Origin: Stenotrophomonas sp.
GTDB lineage: Bacteria > Pseudomonadota > Gammaproteobacteria > Xanthomonadales > Xanthomonadaceae
Assembly: GCA_049650985.1 (NCBI GenBank)
Contig: JBASBF010000020.1
Location: 46,711 to 110,710 of the forward strand
Reading direction: 5' to 3'
DNA: 64,000 nucleotides
Positions 1 through 11,208 of the stretch are shown piece after piece. The notes below the pieces were generated by a model. The model saw only the letters and a program-made list of their open reading frames with translations. It was not told the DNA's origin and did no database searches. The translations under genes and the position numbers were made by a program. The stretch's first letter is position 1. The number at the start of each line of letters is the position of its first letter.

Positions 1-159
1 ATGCCGGGCTGCGTGCGGCGATCGAACGCGAGCTTGCAAAGCCGGCTCCGCACCACCATTGACGGCAATCGCGCGTACCTCGACATCACCGGCACGCATG
101 CGACAATGGCGCCCCTCGCGCCGATGGCGGCGTTTGTTCACTTCCAGAGAATGCAGCGA

Positions 160-1119
160 ATGAAGATGGGAAAGCGCGGCGCCACGGCGTCGCTTCTGAT
201 TCTGGCAATGGCAGCCACCGGTGTCGCCATCGCGCAACAACCTGCCGCCCCGGCAGCCACCAAGGAGAAGTCCGTTTTGACCTCGGAACGTGAAAAAGTC
301 GGTTACGCCATTGGCGTGGATGTCGCCAGTTCGTTCGAGCCGGTTGCCGCCGATGTCGATGTCGCCGCACTGCGCCGCGCCGTGGAAAACGCCTTCGCCG
401 GTGGCCAGCCGCTGCTGTCGCAGGAAGAAGCACAGCAGACCGACCAGGCGCTGCGCACGGCGATGATGGTGCGCGCCGGGCAGCAGGTGCCGGGCATGGC
501 GCCGGGCAGCCAGCCGCCGGCGGTGGACCGCGAGAAAGTCGGCCTGATGCTGGGCAGCTACGCCGTCGGCCCGTCGCTGACGCCGATCAAGGACGAGATC
601 GACCTGGATTCGACTTTTCAGGCCATCGCCACCATTTTCGCCAAGGGCACCCCGCTGATGGACCGCCAGCAGGCGCAGGCCACGCTGCAGGCATTCAGCA
701 CCGCCAAGCAGGCCGCCGCCTCGGGCAAGAACCGTGAGGAAGGCAATGCCTTCCTGGCAAAGAACAAGACCCAGCCGGGCGTGGTGACCACCGCCTCGGG
801 CCTGCAATACCAGGTGCTGCGCGCCGGCAGCGGCGAGCGCCCGCTGGCCAGCAGCCGCGTGCGCGTGAACTACGCCGGCAAGCTGCTCGACGGCACCGTG
901 TTCGACAGCAGCTACGAGCGCGGCCAGCCGGTCGATTTCGGCCTGGGCCAGGTCATCAAGGGCTGGACCGAAGGCGTGGCGCTGATGCCGGTCGGTTCCA
1001 AGTACCGCTTCTGGATTCCGTCCGAACTGGCCTACGGCAGCGAGGGCACTCCGGGCGGCCCGATCGGCCCCGACGCCACCTTGACCTTCGACGTCGAGCT
1101 GCTGAGCGTCCTGCCGTAA
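160..1119 (+). CDS. periplasmic FKBP-type peptidyl-prolyl cis-trans isomerase (Mip/FkpA-like)
   Basis: ORF 1..1119. The C-terminal FKBP domain shows GLQYQVLRAG, VNYAGKLLDGTVFDSSY, GWTEG and IPSELAYG. A signal-peptide-like KRGATASLLILAMAATGVAIA follows the Met at 160/166, so the start is placed at 160 rather than 1. Confidence 0.85.
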   Translation: MKMGKRGATASLLILAMAATGVAIAQQPAAPAATKEKSVLTSEREKVGYAIGVDVASSFEPVAADVDVAALRRAVENAFAGGQPLLSQEEAQQTDQALRTAMMVRAGQQVPGMAPGSQPPAVDREKVGLMLGSYAVGPSLTPIKDEIDLDSTFQAIATIFAKGTPLMDRQQAQATLQAFSTAKQAAASGKNREEGNAFLAKNKTQPGVVTTASGLQYQVLRAGSGERPLASSRVRVNYAGKLLDGTVFDSSYERGQPVDFGLGQVIKGWTEGVALMPVGSKYRFWIPSELAYGSEGTPGGPIGPDATLTFDVELLSVLP

Positions 1120-1140
1120 CCACCGGAGCCACCGTTTCCA

Positions 1141-2490
1141 ATGCGTGTTGCTATTTTCGGCACCGGCTACGTGGGTCTCGTTACCGGGACCTGCCTGGCC
1201 GAAGTGGGACATGACGTGGTCTGCGTCGATATCGACCAGGCCAAGGTCGATGGCCTGAACCGCGGCATCGTCCCGATCTACGAGCCGGGGCTGGAGCCGA
1301 TGGTGAAGGCCAACCATGCCGCATCGCGGCTGGCCTTCGGCACCGATGCGGCCGCTGCCATCGCGCATGGGCAGGTGGTGTTCATCGCCGTCGGCACACC
1401 GCCGGACGAGGATGGCAGCGCCGACCTGCAATACGTGCTGGCGGTGGCCCGCAACATCGGCCGCCACCTGCAACAGCCGACACTGGTGGTCAACAAATCG
1501 ACGGTGCCGGTGGGCACCTCCGACCGGGTGCGCGCGGCGATTGCCGACGAGCTGGCTGCGCGCGGTGTGGAGATCGGCTTCGATGTGGTCTCCAATCCCG
1601 AGTTCCTCAAGGAAGGCGATGCGGTGGCCGACTGCATGCGCCCGGACCGCATCATCATCGGTGCCACCGATCCCGGATCGGTGGCGATGATGCGCCGGCT
1701 GTACGCGCCGTTCAACCGCAACCACGACCGCGTGGTGGAAATGGACGTGCGCTCGGCCGAACTGACCAAGTACGCGGCCAACGCGATGCTGGCGACCAAG
1801 ATCAGCTTCATGAACGAAATCGCCAACATCGCCGAGCGCGTCGGTGCCGACATCGAGCAGGTACGCCAGGGCATCGGCTCGGACCCGCGCATCGGCCGGC
1901 ACTTCATCTACCCCGGTGTCGGCTACGGTGGCTCCTGCTTCCCCAAGGACGTGCGGGCGTTGGCGCGCACGGCGTTGCAGCATGGCCACACGCCGCGCTT
2001 GCTGGATGCGGTGGAGGCGGTCAACGACGCGCAGAAGGGCCACCTGTTCGAGCTGATCCAGCGCCACTATGGCCGGGGCGAAGACACCGGCGTGCGCGGC
2101 AAGACCTTCGCGGTGTGGGGGCTGGCCTTCAAGCCCAATACCGACGACATGCGCGAAGCCTCCAGCCTCCGCCTGCTGGCGCAATTGCGCGAGGCCGGGG
2201 CACGGGTGCGGGCCTACGACCCCGAGGCGATGCAGGAAGCACGCCGCATCTTCGGCGAGCGCGAGGGCCTGGTGTTCTGCGAATCGGCCCATGACGCACT
2301 GGAAGGTGCCGATGCGCTGGCGGTGGTCACCGAGTGGAAAGAGTTCCGCAGCCCGGATTTCGCCCGCATTGCGGCCGCGCTGGGCGACGCGGTGATATTC
2401 GACGGCCGCAACCTGTACCAGCCCGACGAGATCGAGGCGGCCGGGCTGGCCTATTACGGCATTGGCCGGGGGCGTTCACTGCATGTCTGA
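1141..2490 (+). CDS. ugd: UDP-glucose 6-dehydrogenase
   Basis: 449-aa ORF with an N-terminal Rossmann motif ([12 protein letters not shown]), a GGSCFPKD catalytic-Cys region, and UDP-glucose/GDP-mannose dehydrogenase family layout. Confidence 0.9.
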   Translation: MRVAIFGTGYVGLVTGTCLAEVGHDVVCVDIDQAKVDGLNRGIVPIYEPGLEPMVKANHAASRLAFGTDAAAAIAHGQVVFIAVGTPPDEDGSADLQYVLAVARNIGRHLQQPTLVVNKSTVPVGTSDRVRAAIADELAARGVEIGFDVVSNPEFLKEGDAVADCMRPDRIIIGATDPGSVAMMRRLYAPFNRNHDRVVEMDVRSAELTKYAANAMLATKISFMNEIANIAERVGADIEQVRQGIGSDPRIGRHFIYPGVGYGGSCFPKDVRALARTALQHGHTPRLLDAVEAVNDAQKGHLFELIQRHYGRGEDTGVRGKTFAVWGLAFKPNTDDMREASSLRLLAQLREAGARVRAYDPEAMQEARRIFGEREGLVFCESAHDALEGADALAVVTEWKEFRSPDFARIAAALGDAVIFDGRNLYQPDEIEAAGLAYYGIGRGRSLHV

Positions 2491-2725
2491 GTTGTTTCCG
2501 AACGAACGCGAGCAGGCGCTGGAAGCGCGTCTGGTCGAACTGGAAATGCGCGTCTCCTTCCAGGAGCATGCGCTGGCTGAATTGAGCGAGGCCCTGGCCG
2601 ACGCGCGCCTGCAAGGCAGCCGCAATGCCGATGTGCTGCGCGTATTGCTGGAAGACCTGGGCAAGGTGCGCAACGCACTGGATTCTTCCGATCCGGCGAG
2701 CGAGCCGCCGCCCCCGCATTATTGA
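2483..2725 (+). CDS. slyX: SlyX family protein
   Basis: Short coiled-coil ORF ([38 protein letters not shown]...). The ATG at 2483 overlaps the ugd stop. The TTG at 2462 given in the ORF track is less likely. Confidence 0.7.
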   Translation: MSELFPNEREQALEARLVELEMRVSFQEHALAELSEALADARLQGSRNADVLRVLLEDLGKVRNALDSSDPASEPPPPHY

Positions 2726-2824
2726 TCGGTGGCGGAGAACCGGGGTTGGCGGGCGCATGAGCTGGCCTGTTCCCGGATATCTCCACCACGGTTCGTCACG
2801 TCCTTTCATTACCGACACCGCACC

Positions 2825-3520
2825 ATGAGCGACACACTCCGCGACCAACTGCTCGGGCTGGGCTTCAAGTCCGCCCCCAAGCCGGAACGCAAACCCGACG
2901 CGCGCCGCGACAACCGCCCGCCGGGCAAGCATGGCCAGCAACCGGGCAACAAGCCGGGCAACAAGCCGGGCAATGGACCGGGCAATGGACCGGGCAATGG
3001 ACCGGGCAACAAAGCCGGCCATGCCGGCAAGCCGGAGCCGGGGCGCAAACCCGCGCATGGCGGACAGCAAGGGCCGCGCAAACCGCGCTCGCAGGAAGAC
3101 ATCGACCTGGCCAAGGCATATGCGATCCGTGCGCAGCGGGAAAGGGACGAACGCATCGAGAGTGAGCGGCAGAAGCAGGAAGAAGCACGCCTGCGCCGCG
3201 AGGCGAAGGCGAAGCTGGACGAATTGGTCAAGGACAAGGGGCTGAACGACCCCGCCGCCGACATCGCCCGCCACTTCCCGTATGGCGGCAAGATCAAGCG
3301 CATCTACGTCACCGCCGAGCAACTCAAGGCGCTCAATGCCGGGCAACTGGGTGTGTTGCAGCAGAACGGGCGTTACCTGCTGGTGAGCGCCGAGCTATTG
3401 GCCGAGGCGGAGCAGGTCTTCGCCCCGGCCGTGGCCTTGAAGGTCGATCCCGATGCGCCGGCCGGGGATGATCCCTACGCCGATCCGGTGTACCAGGTGC
3501 CCGACGACCTGGTCTGGTGA
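2825..3520 (+). CDS. DUF2058/YaiL-like protein with a low-complexity PGN/K-rich N-terminal half
   Basis: ORF 2729..3520, with the start moved to ATG 2825 (MSDTLRDQLLGLGF). The C-terminal part (DIDLAKAYAIRAQRERDE..., KRIYVTAEQLKALNAGQLGVLQQNGRYLLV) resembles the DUF2058 family. Confidence 0.6.
   Translation: MSDTLRDQLLGLGFKSAPKPERKPDARRDNRPPGKHGQQPGNKPGNKPGNGPGNGPGNGPGNKAGHAGKPEPGRKPAHGGQQGPRKPRSQEDIDLAKAYAIRAQRERDERIESERQKQEEARLRREAKAKLDELVKDKGLNDPAADIARHFPYGGKIKRIYVTAEQLKALNAGQLGVLQQNGRYLLVSAELLAEAEQVFAPAVALKVDPDAPAGDDPYADPVYQVPDDLVW
2942..3013 (+). repeat. six tandem 12-nt units (CCGGGCAAYRRR) encoding (PGNK)2(PGNG)3PGNK
   Basis: Read directly: ccgggcaacaag x2, ccgggcaatgga x3, ccgggcaacaaa x1, in frame inside the DUF2058-like CDS. 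Confidence 0.9.
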
Positions 3521-3528
3521 GGCAGGGC

Positions 3529-3636
3529 AAGGAGCGAGGAGTGAGATAAGGTAACGGCAGAAGCCGTCATCTCCGCGCAGGCGGAGATCGCTCTTGCCAC
3601 GGGTTTTTCTCACTCATCTTCACTCACTACCCGCTT
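3529..3636. repeat. MITE/REP-like palindromic element, GAGTGAGTGAAG-arm family (copy 1)
   Basis: Left arm is ggagcgaggagtgagataagg and the right arm is ctcactcatcttcactcactac. It shares a core with copy 2 (ggcagaagc...atctccgcGCAGgcggagatcgctcttgc). The right arm overlaps the last codons and stop of the MFS gene. Confidence 0.75.
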
Positions 3637-4794
3637 TTCAGGTACGAAGCAGAAGGCGATCGACGCACCGGCCAAGGCAAAACAGCCGCCGGCGATGAAA
3701 GCCACCTTGCCATTGCCGAAGTGCCACAACTGGCCGGCGACAAGTGCGCCGAGCACGCCGCCCAGCCCCGACGAAAAGCCGTAAAACAAACCCTGCCCGT
3801 GGCCGTTGAGGTTGCCGGGGAAGTAGCGCGCCAGCAATTGCATCGCCGAGGCGAAGAACGCGGCAAAGCCAAGGCAATGGGTAGCCTGCGCGACCAGCAT
3901 CACCGGAAGGTTTTCCGGCCACAGTGCGGTGGCCCACCAGCGCAACGCGGCGCTGGCCATCGAGACAATCAGCAGCCAACTGGCGTCCCAGCGTTTGAAG
4001 AAGCCGGCGATCAGGAAGAACACCGCCACCTCGAACACCACGCCCACCGTCCACATCAGGCCGAGCATCGCCGCGCCGTAGCCGTGGTGTTCCATGTAGA
4101 TGGAAAAGAACGTGTAGTACGGCCCGAACGAGAGTTGTTCGAGGAAGGCGGCGATGAAGAACGCCAGCACCGGCGGCCGCCGCACGATTGCCCAGAAGCC
4201 CTGCACGTGCGCAGCATGGGTGCCGACGTGGCGGCTGTAGCGGTTGAGGAAGGAGGCGCCGATCAACAGCACGAACAGCGGCAGCATCCACCACGGTAGC
4301 CCGGCGGCGCCGTGGCGCTCGATCAGCCAGCCGAACAGCATCACCACCGCGATGAAACCCAGCGAGCCCCAGACCCGGATCATGCCGTAGCGATGGCTGT
4401 CGCTGCCCAGGTGGGTGAGGGTGATCGACTCGAACTGCGGCATCACCGCGTTGTAGAAAAAGCAGAAGCCCACCATCACCGCGTACAGCGTCCATTGCGG
4501 CTGCGGCAGCAGGAAACCGGCGAAGCTGATGGCTGTCAACACGCAGCCGATGCGCAGCCAGCGTATCGGCTTGGGTGAAACCGCCGCCAGCGAGGTCCAG
4601 GTGCTGGGCGCGACCACGCGGGTGGCGTACCACAGGCTCATCATCACGCTGATTGCGGTCACGCCCATCCCACGCGATTGCAGGTACAGGCTCCAGTACG
4701 GAGTGAATGCACCCAGCGCGGCGTAGTAGAAGAAATAGAAGCTGGACAGCCGGGCGACCGGGACGGCGGGGGACGGCATGGAAGCGCGAGTCAT
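3610..4794 (-). CDS. MFS transporter (HcaT/PPP-like MFS_1_like group)
   Basis: 394-aa ORF that is strongly hydrophobic with about 12 TM segments. The N-terminal FYFFYYAALGAFTPYWSLYLQ is typical of this MFS subgroup. Confidence 0.8.
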   Translation of the reverse strand: MTRASMPSPAVPVARLSSFYFFYYAALGAFTPYWSLYLQSRGMGVTAISVMMSLWYATRVVAPSTWTSLAAVSPKPIRWLRIGCVLTAISFAGFLLPQPQWTLYAVMVGFCFFYNAVMPQFESITLTHLGSDSHRYGMIRVWGSLGFIAVVMLFGWLIERHGAAGLPWWMLPLFVLLIGASFLNRYSRHVGTHAAHVQGFWAIVRRPPVLAFFIAAFLEQLSFGPYYTFFSIYMEHHGYGAAMLGLMWTVGVVFEVAVFFLIAGFFKRWDASWLLIVSMASAALRWWATALWPENLPVMLVAQATHCLGFAAFFASAMQLLARYFPGNLNGHGQGLFYGFSSGLGGVLGALVAGQLWHFGNGKVAFIAGGCFALAGASIAFCFVPEKRVVSEDE

Positions 4795-4796
4795 GG

Positions 4797-4947
4797 GAGG
4801 AGCGAGGAGTGAGTGAAGAGGAGTCAGGAGTGAGACAAGGCAATGGCAGAAGCGTCATCATCTCCGCGCAGGCGGAGATCGCTCTTGCTCTCGAATTTTC
4901 TCATTACTCACTCTTCTTCACTCACTCCTCGCTTTTCACTCTCGGCT
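4797..4947. repeat. MITE/REP-like palindromic element, GAGTGAGTGAAG-arm family (copy 2, best exemplar)
   Basis: Terminal inverted arms at 4801-4824 (agcgaggagtgagtgaagaggagt) and 4910-4933 match 23/24 as reverse complements. A central hairpin is atctccgc-gcag-gcggagat (4860-4879). The element fills the MFS/metH intergenic space. Confidence 0.8.
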
Positions 4948-7628
<2,681 letters not shown>

Positions 7629-7632
<4 letters not shown>

Positions 7633-8762
7633 GTGTCTTGCTCCTGCGTCTGCGGCAATGCGCGCGGCGGTACTCCGGCCACCGCCTCGGCAATGGCCTT
7701 GATGTGCGCCGGGGTGGTGCCGCAGCAGCCGCCGACCAGATTCAGCAGGCCGGAAGTGGCGAATTCTTTCAACGTGGCGGCCATTTCCTCCGGCGTCTCG
7801 TCGTATTCGCCGAAGGCATTGGGCAGACCGGCGTTGGGATGGGCGCTGACGTAGCCGCTGGATATCCGCGCCAGTGTTTCCACGTGCGGGCGCATGTCAC
7901 TCGCGCCGAGTGCGCAGTTGAAGCCGATCGACAGTGGCTGGCCGTGCGCGACCGAGGTATGGAACGCTTCGGCGGTCTGCCCGGACAGGGTGCGGCCGGA
8001 AGCATCGGTGATGGTGCCGGAGATCATCACCGGCAGCCGCCCGCCGCGAGCGTCGAAGGCTTCCTCGATGGCGAACAGTGCGGCCTTGGCGTTGAGCGTG
8101 TCGAAGATGGTTTCCACCATCAGCGTGTCGGCGCCACCGTCGATCAGGCCGTCGATGGCTTCGCGGTAGGTGGCGAGCAATTCGTCGAAGCTGGTGTTGC
8201 GGAAGCCGGGGTCGTTGACGTCGGGGCTGATCGAGGCGGTGCGGCTGGTCGGGCCGAGCACGCCGATGACGAAGCGCGGCTTGCCCGGCGTCTGCGCTTC
8301 GATGGCGTCGCAGCATTGCCGCGCCACCTGCGCGCCGGCCTTGTTCAATTCGTAGACCAGGTGTTGGAGATGGTAGTCGGCCTGGCTGACCGAGGTGGCG
8401 TTGAAGGTGTTGGTTTCCACCAGGTCGGCACCAGCTTGCAGGTAGGCGGTGTGGATGCCGGCGATGATCTCCGGCTTGCTCAACAACAGCAGGTCGTTGT
8501 TGCCTTTCAGGTCGTGGCCGCAGCCGGGGTCATGCACATGGTTTTCTTGAGAAGTCCGGCCAGGGATGGCCGGGTTTTTCGCGAGGGACTCGCGTAAAGA
8601 ATCGAAACCATCGATGAAACGCTGGCCGCGGTAGTCGGCTTCCGCCAGCCCGTGACGCTGGATCATCGTGCCCATCGCACCGTCGATGACCAGGATGCGT
8701 TGCTCGAGGGCGCGCAGCAGCTTGGCGGCGCGTTCGGGGTGGAGCCAGGGGAGGGCTTGCAT
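7629..8762 (-). CDS. metH: homocysteine S-methyltransferase domain protein (N-terminal module of split MetH)
   Basis: ORF 7629..8837, with the start moved to Met26 ([35 protein letters not shown]). It has a zinc-site [11 protein letters not shown]. Its stop overlaps the start of the next gene (ATGA at 7629-7632). Confidence 0.85.
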
Positions 8763-8820
8763 GGGGGCGGGCCGTGACGTTGGGGCGGGGGTGCATGGAC
8801 AGCGGGATTGCGCGGGTGGA

Positions 8821-9750
8821 TCAGGGGCGATGCGCAATCAGAGAGATCACTTCGAAATGCGGCGGGCGTTTCTCGCGGGTGACGGTTTCCAGACTGGATA
8901 CTTCCAGCCCGGCCTTGTCGACGAATTTGCGCAGCTCCTTGCCGGTGAAGCCGAGGTTGACGTGGCCGTAGGCTTCCACTGCGGTCTTGTGCTCGTGGCG
9001 GGCGAGGCTGCACAACATCAGCCTGCCTTCCGGGCGCAGCACCCGCGCGCATTCGGCCACGGCCTTCGCCGGTTGGTTGGAGTAGGTCAGGGCGTGCATC
9101 AACACCACCAGGTCGAAGCTGCCATCGGCGAATGGCAGCTTGTGCATGTCGCCTTCAAGCACTTCGACGTTGGGCAATTTACGCAGGCGCTCACTGGCGG
9201 CGGCCACCACGCGGGCACTGGTGTCGATGCAGACGTAGCGCTGCGCATGCGGGGCCAGCAACTCGGCGAGGACACCGTCGCCGGAAGCGATGTCGAGCAC
9301 ATCGCCGGTTTCCAGCAGCGGCAGTGCGCTGCGCGCCATCGCCTCCCAGGTGCGGCCGGGCGAGTAGTGGCGCTCCATGTCACCGGCCACGCTGTCGGCC
9401 CAGTTCTGGTCGGCCGCACGCATCGCCAGCACCGATGGCACGCGCTCGGCGTCCTGGCGCAGCAGCGGGTCATCGCTGCCGTTGCTGAGCGCATGCCACA
9501 ATGCGCGCTGCGCTGGGTCCAGCGCGGCCTCGTCGAAACGGTAGTAGGCCGACACGCCGGCACGCCGGTCGCGCACCAGCCCGGCCTCCTTCAACCGCGC
9601 CAGGTGAGTGGACACGCGCGGCTGCGCCAGCGTGGTGATGGCCGACAACTCGGCCACGGTCAATTCCTCCTGCTCCAGCAGGGTCAGCAGACGCACGCGG
9701 GTGGCGTCCGCGAACACCTTCAGGCGGGTCGACCAGTCTTCCAGATCCAT
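8821..9750 (-). CDS. sahR: ArsR-type wHTH fused to a SAM-methyltransferase-fold domain (SahR-like regulator)
   Basis: The N-terminus ([42 protein letters not shown]) is an ArsR/SmtB wHTH. The C-terminal half has a class I MTase motif ([15 protein letters not shown]). The gene lies directly upstream of metH on the same strand. Confidence 0.7.
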   Translation of the reverse strand: MDLEDWSTRLKVFADATRVRLLTLLEQEELTVAELSAITTLAQPRVSTHLARLKEAGLVRDRRAGVSAYYRFDEAALDPAQRALWHALSNGSDDPLLRQDAERVPSVLAMRAADQNWADSVAGDMERHYSPGRTWEAMARSALPLLETGDVLDIASGDGVLAELLAPHAQRYVCIDTSARVVAAASERLRKLPNVEVLEGDMHKLPFADGSFDLVVLMHALTYSNQPAKAVAECARVLRPEGRLMLCSLARHEHKTAVEAYGHVNLGFTGKELRKFVDKAGLEVSSLETVTREKRPPHFEVISLIAHRP

Positions 9751-9782
9751 GAATATCTACCTATCGCGATACAGAGATATTC
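9751..9782. promoter_or_regulatory. 32-bp imperfect palindrome abutting the sahR-like start codon (candidate operator)
   Basis: GAATATCTacCTATCG|CGATAcagAGATATTC. The outer 8-bp arms and the inner TATCGCGATA are perfect, and 13 of 16 positions are symmetric. Confidence 0.5.
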
Positions 9783-9810
9783 TGCTGCGCTGCGGCGGCA
9801 GGGTCAAGGA

Positions 9811-9920
9811 GCAGGAGTGAGTGAAGGGGGTGGGGAGTGAGAAAAAGCAGGGGGCGATCTCCACTTGCGTGGCTCTGCCATTGCCTTCTCTCACTCCCCA
9901 CCCTCTTCACTCACTCCTGC
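9811..9920. repeat. MITE/REP-like palindromic element, GAGTGAGTGAAG-arm family (copy 3, inverted orientation)
   Basis: The 32-nt arms at 9811-9842 and 9889-9920 match 31/32 as reverse complements. The core shares aggcaatggcaga and ggagatcgc with copies 1 and 2 in reverse orientation. Confidence 0.8.
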
Positions 9921-9966
9921 TTGCGATGGTTACAATCGCAACTTCAAATGCCCTGGGAGGGGTGCA

Positions 9967-11115
9967 GTGGATTTCAGTTTCAACGAAGAGCAATTGCTGT
10001 TGCAGGACGTGGCCCGCCGCATCGCCCAGGAGAAGATCGGCCCCAGTGCCGAACATCATGACGCCACCGGTGAGTACCCGTTGGAAAACATCCGCCTGCT
10101 TGGCGAAAACGGGCTGATGGGCATCGAGGTGCCGGCCGAGTACGGCGGTGCCGGCATGGACCCGGTGTCCAGCGTGCTGGCCATCATCGAGGTGTCCGCC
10201 GCCGACGCCGCGCACGCCACCATCATGTCGGTCAACAATTCGCTGTTCTGCAACGCCGTGCTCAGCCACGGCAGCGAGGAACAGAAGCAGTTGTACGTGC
10301 GCGCGATTGCCGAGGGCCGCGAGATTGGCGCGTTCGCGCTGACCGAATCGCAATCCGGCTCGGATGCCACCGCAATGCGCTGCCGCGCGCAGAAGCAAGC
10401 CGATGACTCGTACCTCATCAACGGCCAGAAGAGCTGGATCACCTCCGGCCCGGTGGCGCGTTACGTGGTGCTGTTCGCGGTGACCGACCCGACGCAGGGC
10501 GCGCGCGGCATCACTGCTTTCATGATCGACAGCACCCGTCCCGGTTTCGGCCGCGGCAAGGTCGAACCCAAGCTCGGCGTGCGCGCATCGGCTACCTGCG
10601 AAATCGAATTTCGCGATTACGTGGCGCGTCCCGAGGACGTGCTCGGCAGCGAAGGGCAGGGCTTCAGGATCGCGATGAGCCTGCTCGATTCCGGCCGCAT
10701 CGGTATCGCCTCGCAGGCGGTGGGCATTGCCCGCGCCGCTTACGAGGCCTCGGTGGCTTACGTGAAAGAGCGCAAGTCATTCGGTGCGCCGATCGGCAGT
10801 TTCCAGATGATCCAGGCCAAGGTTGCCGACATGAAGTGCAAGCTCGACGCGGCGCTGCTGCTGACCTTGCGCGCGGCGTGGACCAAGGCGCAGGGCAGGC
10901 GTTTCTCCACCGAAGCTGCAGTTGCCAAGCTGACCGCTTCGGAAGCGGCAATGTGGATCGCCCACCAGGCGGTGCAGATCCACGGCGGCATGGGTTATTC
11001 GAAGGAGATGCCGCTGGAGCGCTATTTCCGCGACGCCAAGATCACCGAAATCTACGAAGGCACCAGCGAGATCCAGCGAATGGTCATCGCCCGCAACGAG
11101 ACCGGTGTGCGCTGA
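9967..11115 (+). CDS. acyl-CoA dehydrogenase
   Basis: ORF 9865..11115. The start is moved to GTG 9967 (VDFSFNEEQLLLQD), which follows a gggagggg RBS and avoids the repeat element. It has ACAD motifs (LTESQSGSDA, YEGTSEIQRMVIAR). Confidence 0.85.
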   Translation: MDFSFNEEQLLLQDVARRIAQEKIGPSAEHHDATGEYPLENIRLLGENGLMGIEVPAEYGGAGMDPVSSVLAIIEVSAADAAHATIMSVNNSLFCNAVLSHGSEEQKQLYVRAIAEGREIGAFALTESQSGSDATAMRCRAQKQADDSYLINGQKSWITSGPVARYVVLFAVTDPTQGARGITAFMIDSTRPGFGRGKVEPKLGVRASATCEIEFRDYVARPEDVLGSEGQGFRIAMSLLDSGRIGIASQAVGIARAAYEASVAYVKERKSFGAPIGSFQMIQAKVADMKCKLDAALLLTLRAAWTKAQGRRFSTEAAVAKLTASEAAMWIAHQAVQIHGGMGYSKEMPLERYFRDAKITEIYEGTSEIQRMVIARNETGVR

Positions 11116-11158
11116 AGTCGCGCAAAGCCCCTTTCCCTCCGGGAGAAGGGCACAGGCA

Positions 11159-11187
11159 ACGAAGCCCCGGCATTGCCGGGGCTTCGT
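11159..11187. terminator. GC-rich hairpin between convergent acyl-CoA dehydrogenase and RND genes
   Basis: gaagccccggc-att-gccggggcttc with flanking aac/gtcgtt. It sits between two convergent stop codons. Confidence 0.55.
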
Positions 11188-11208
11188 CGTTTCAGGCGTG
11201 CATTGCGC

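Noticed and set aside
1-159. Long N-terminal extensions given by the ORF track, for example 1..159 and the 5' extensions of the ORFs ending or starting at 14445, 15728, 25806, 29828, 30235, 33613, 43113, 46353, 52066, 53655 and 60938
   Set aside because: The extensions are Arg/Pro/Ala-rich, overlap upstream genes or repeats, and precede internal Met codons that restore canonical family N-termini or signal peptides.
3529-4947. MFS gene flanked by two copies of the GAGTGA-arm repeat as a composite transposon
   Set aside because: There is no transposase. The repeats are short non-autonomous elements that occupy many intergenic gaps, so flanking of one gene is expected by chance.
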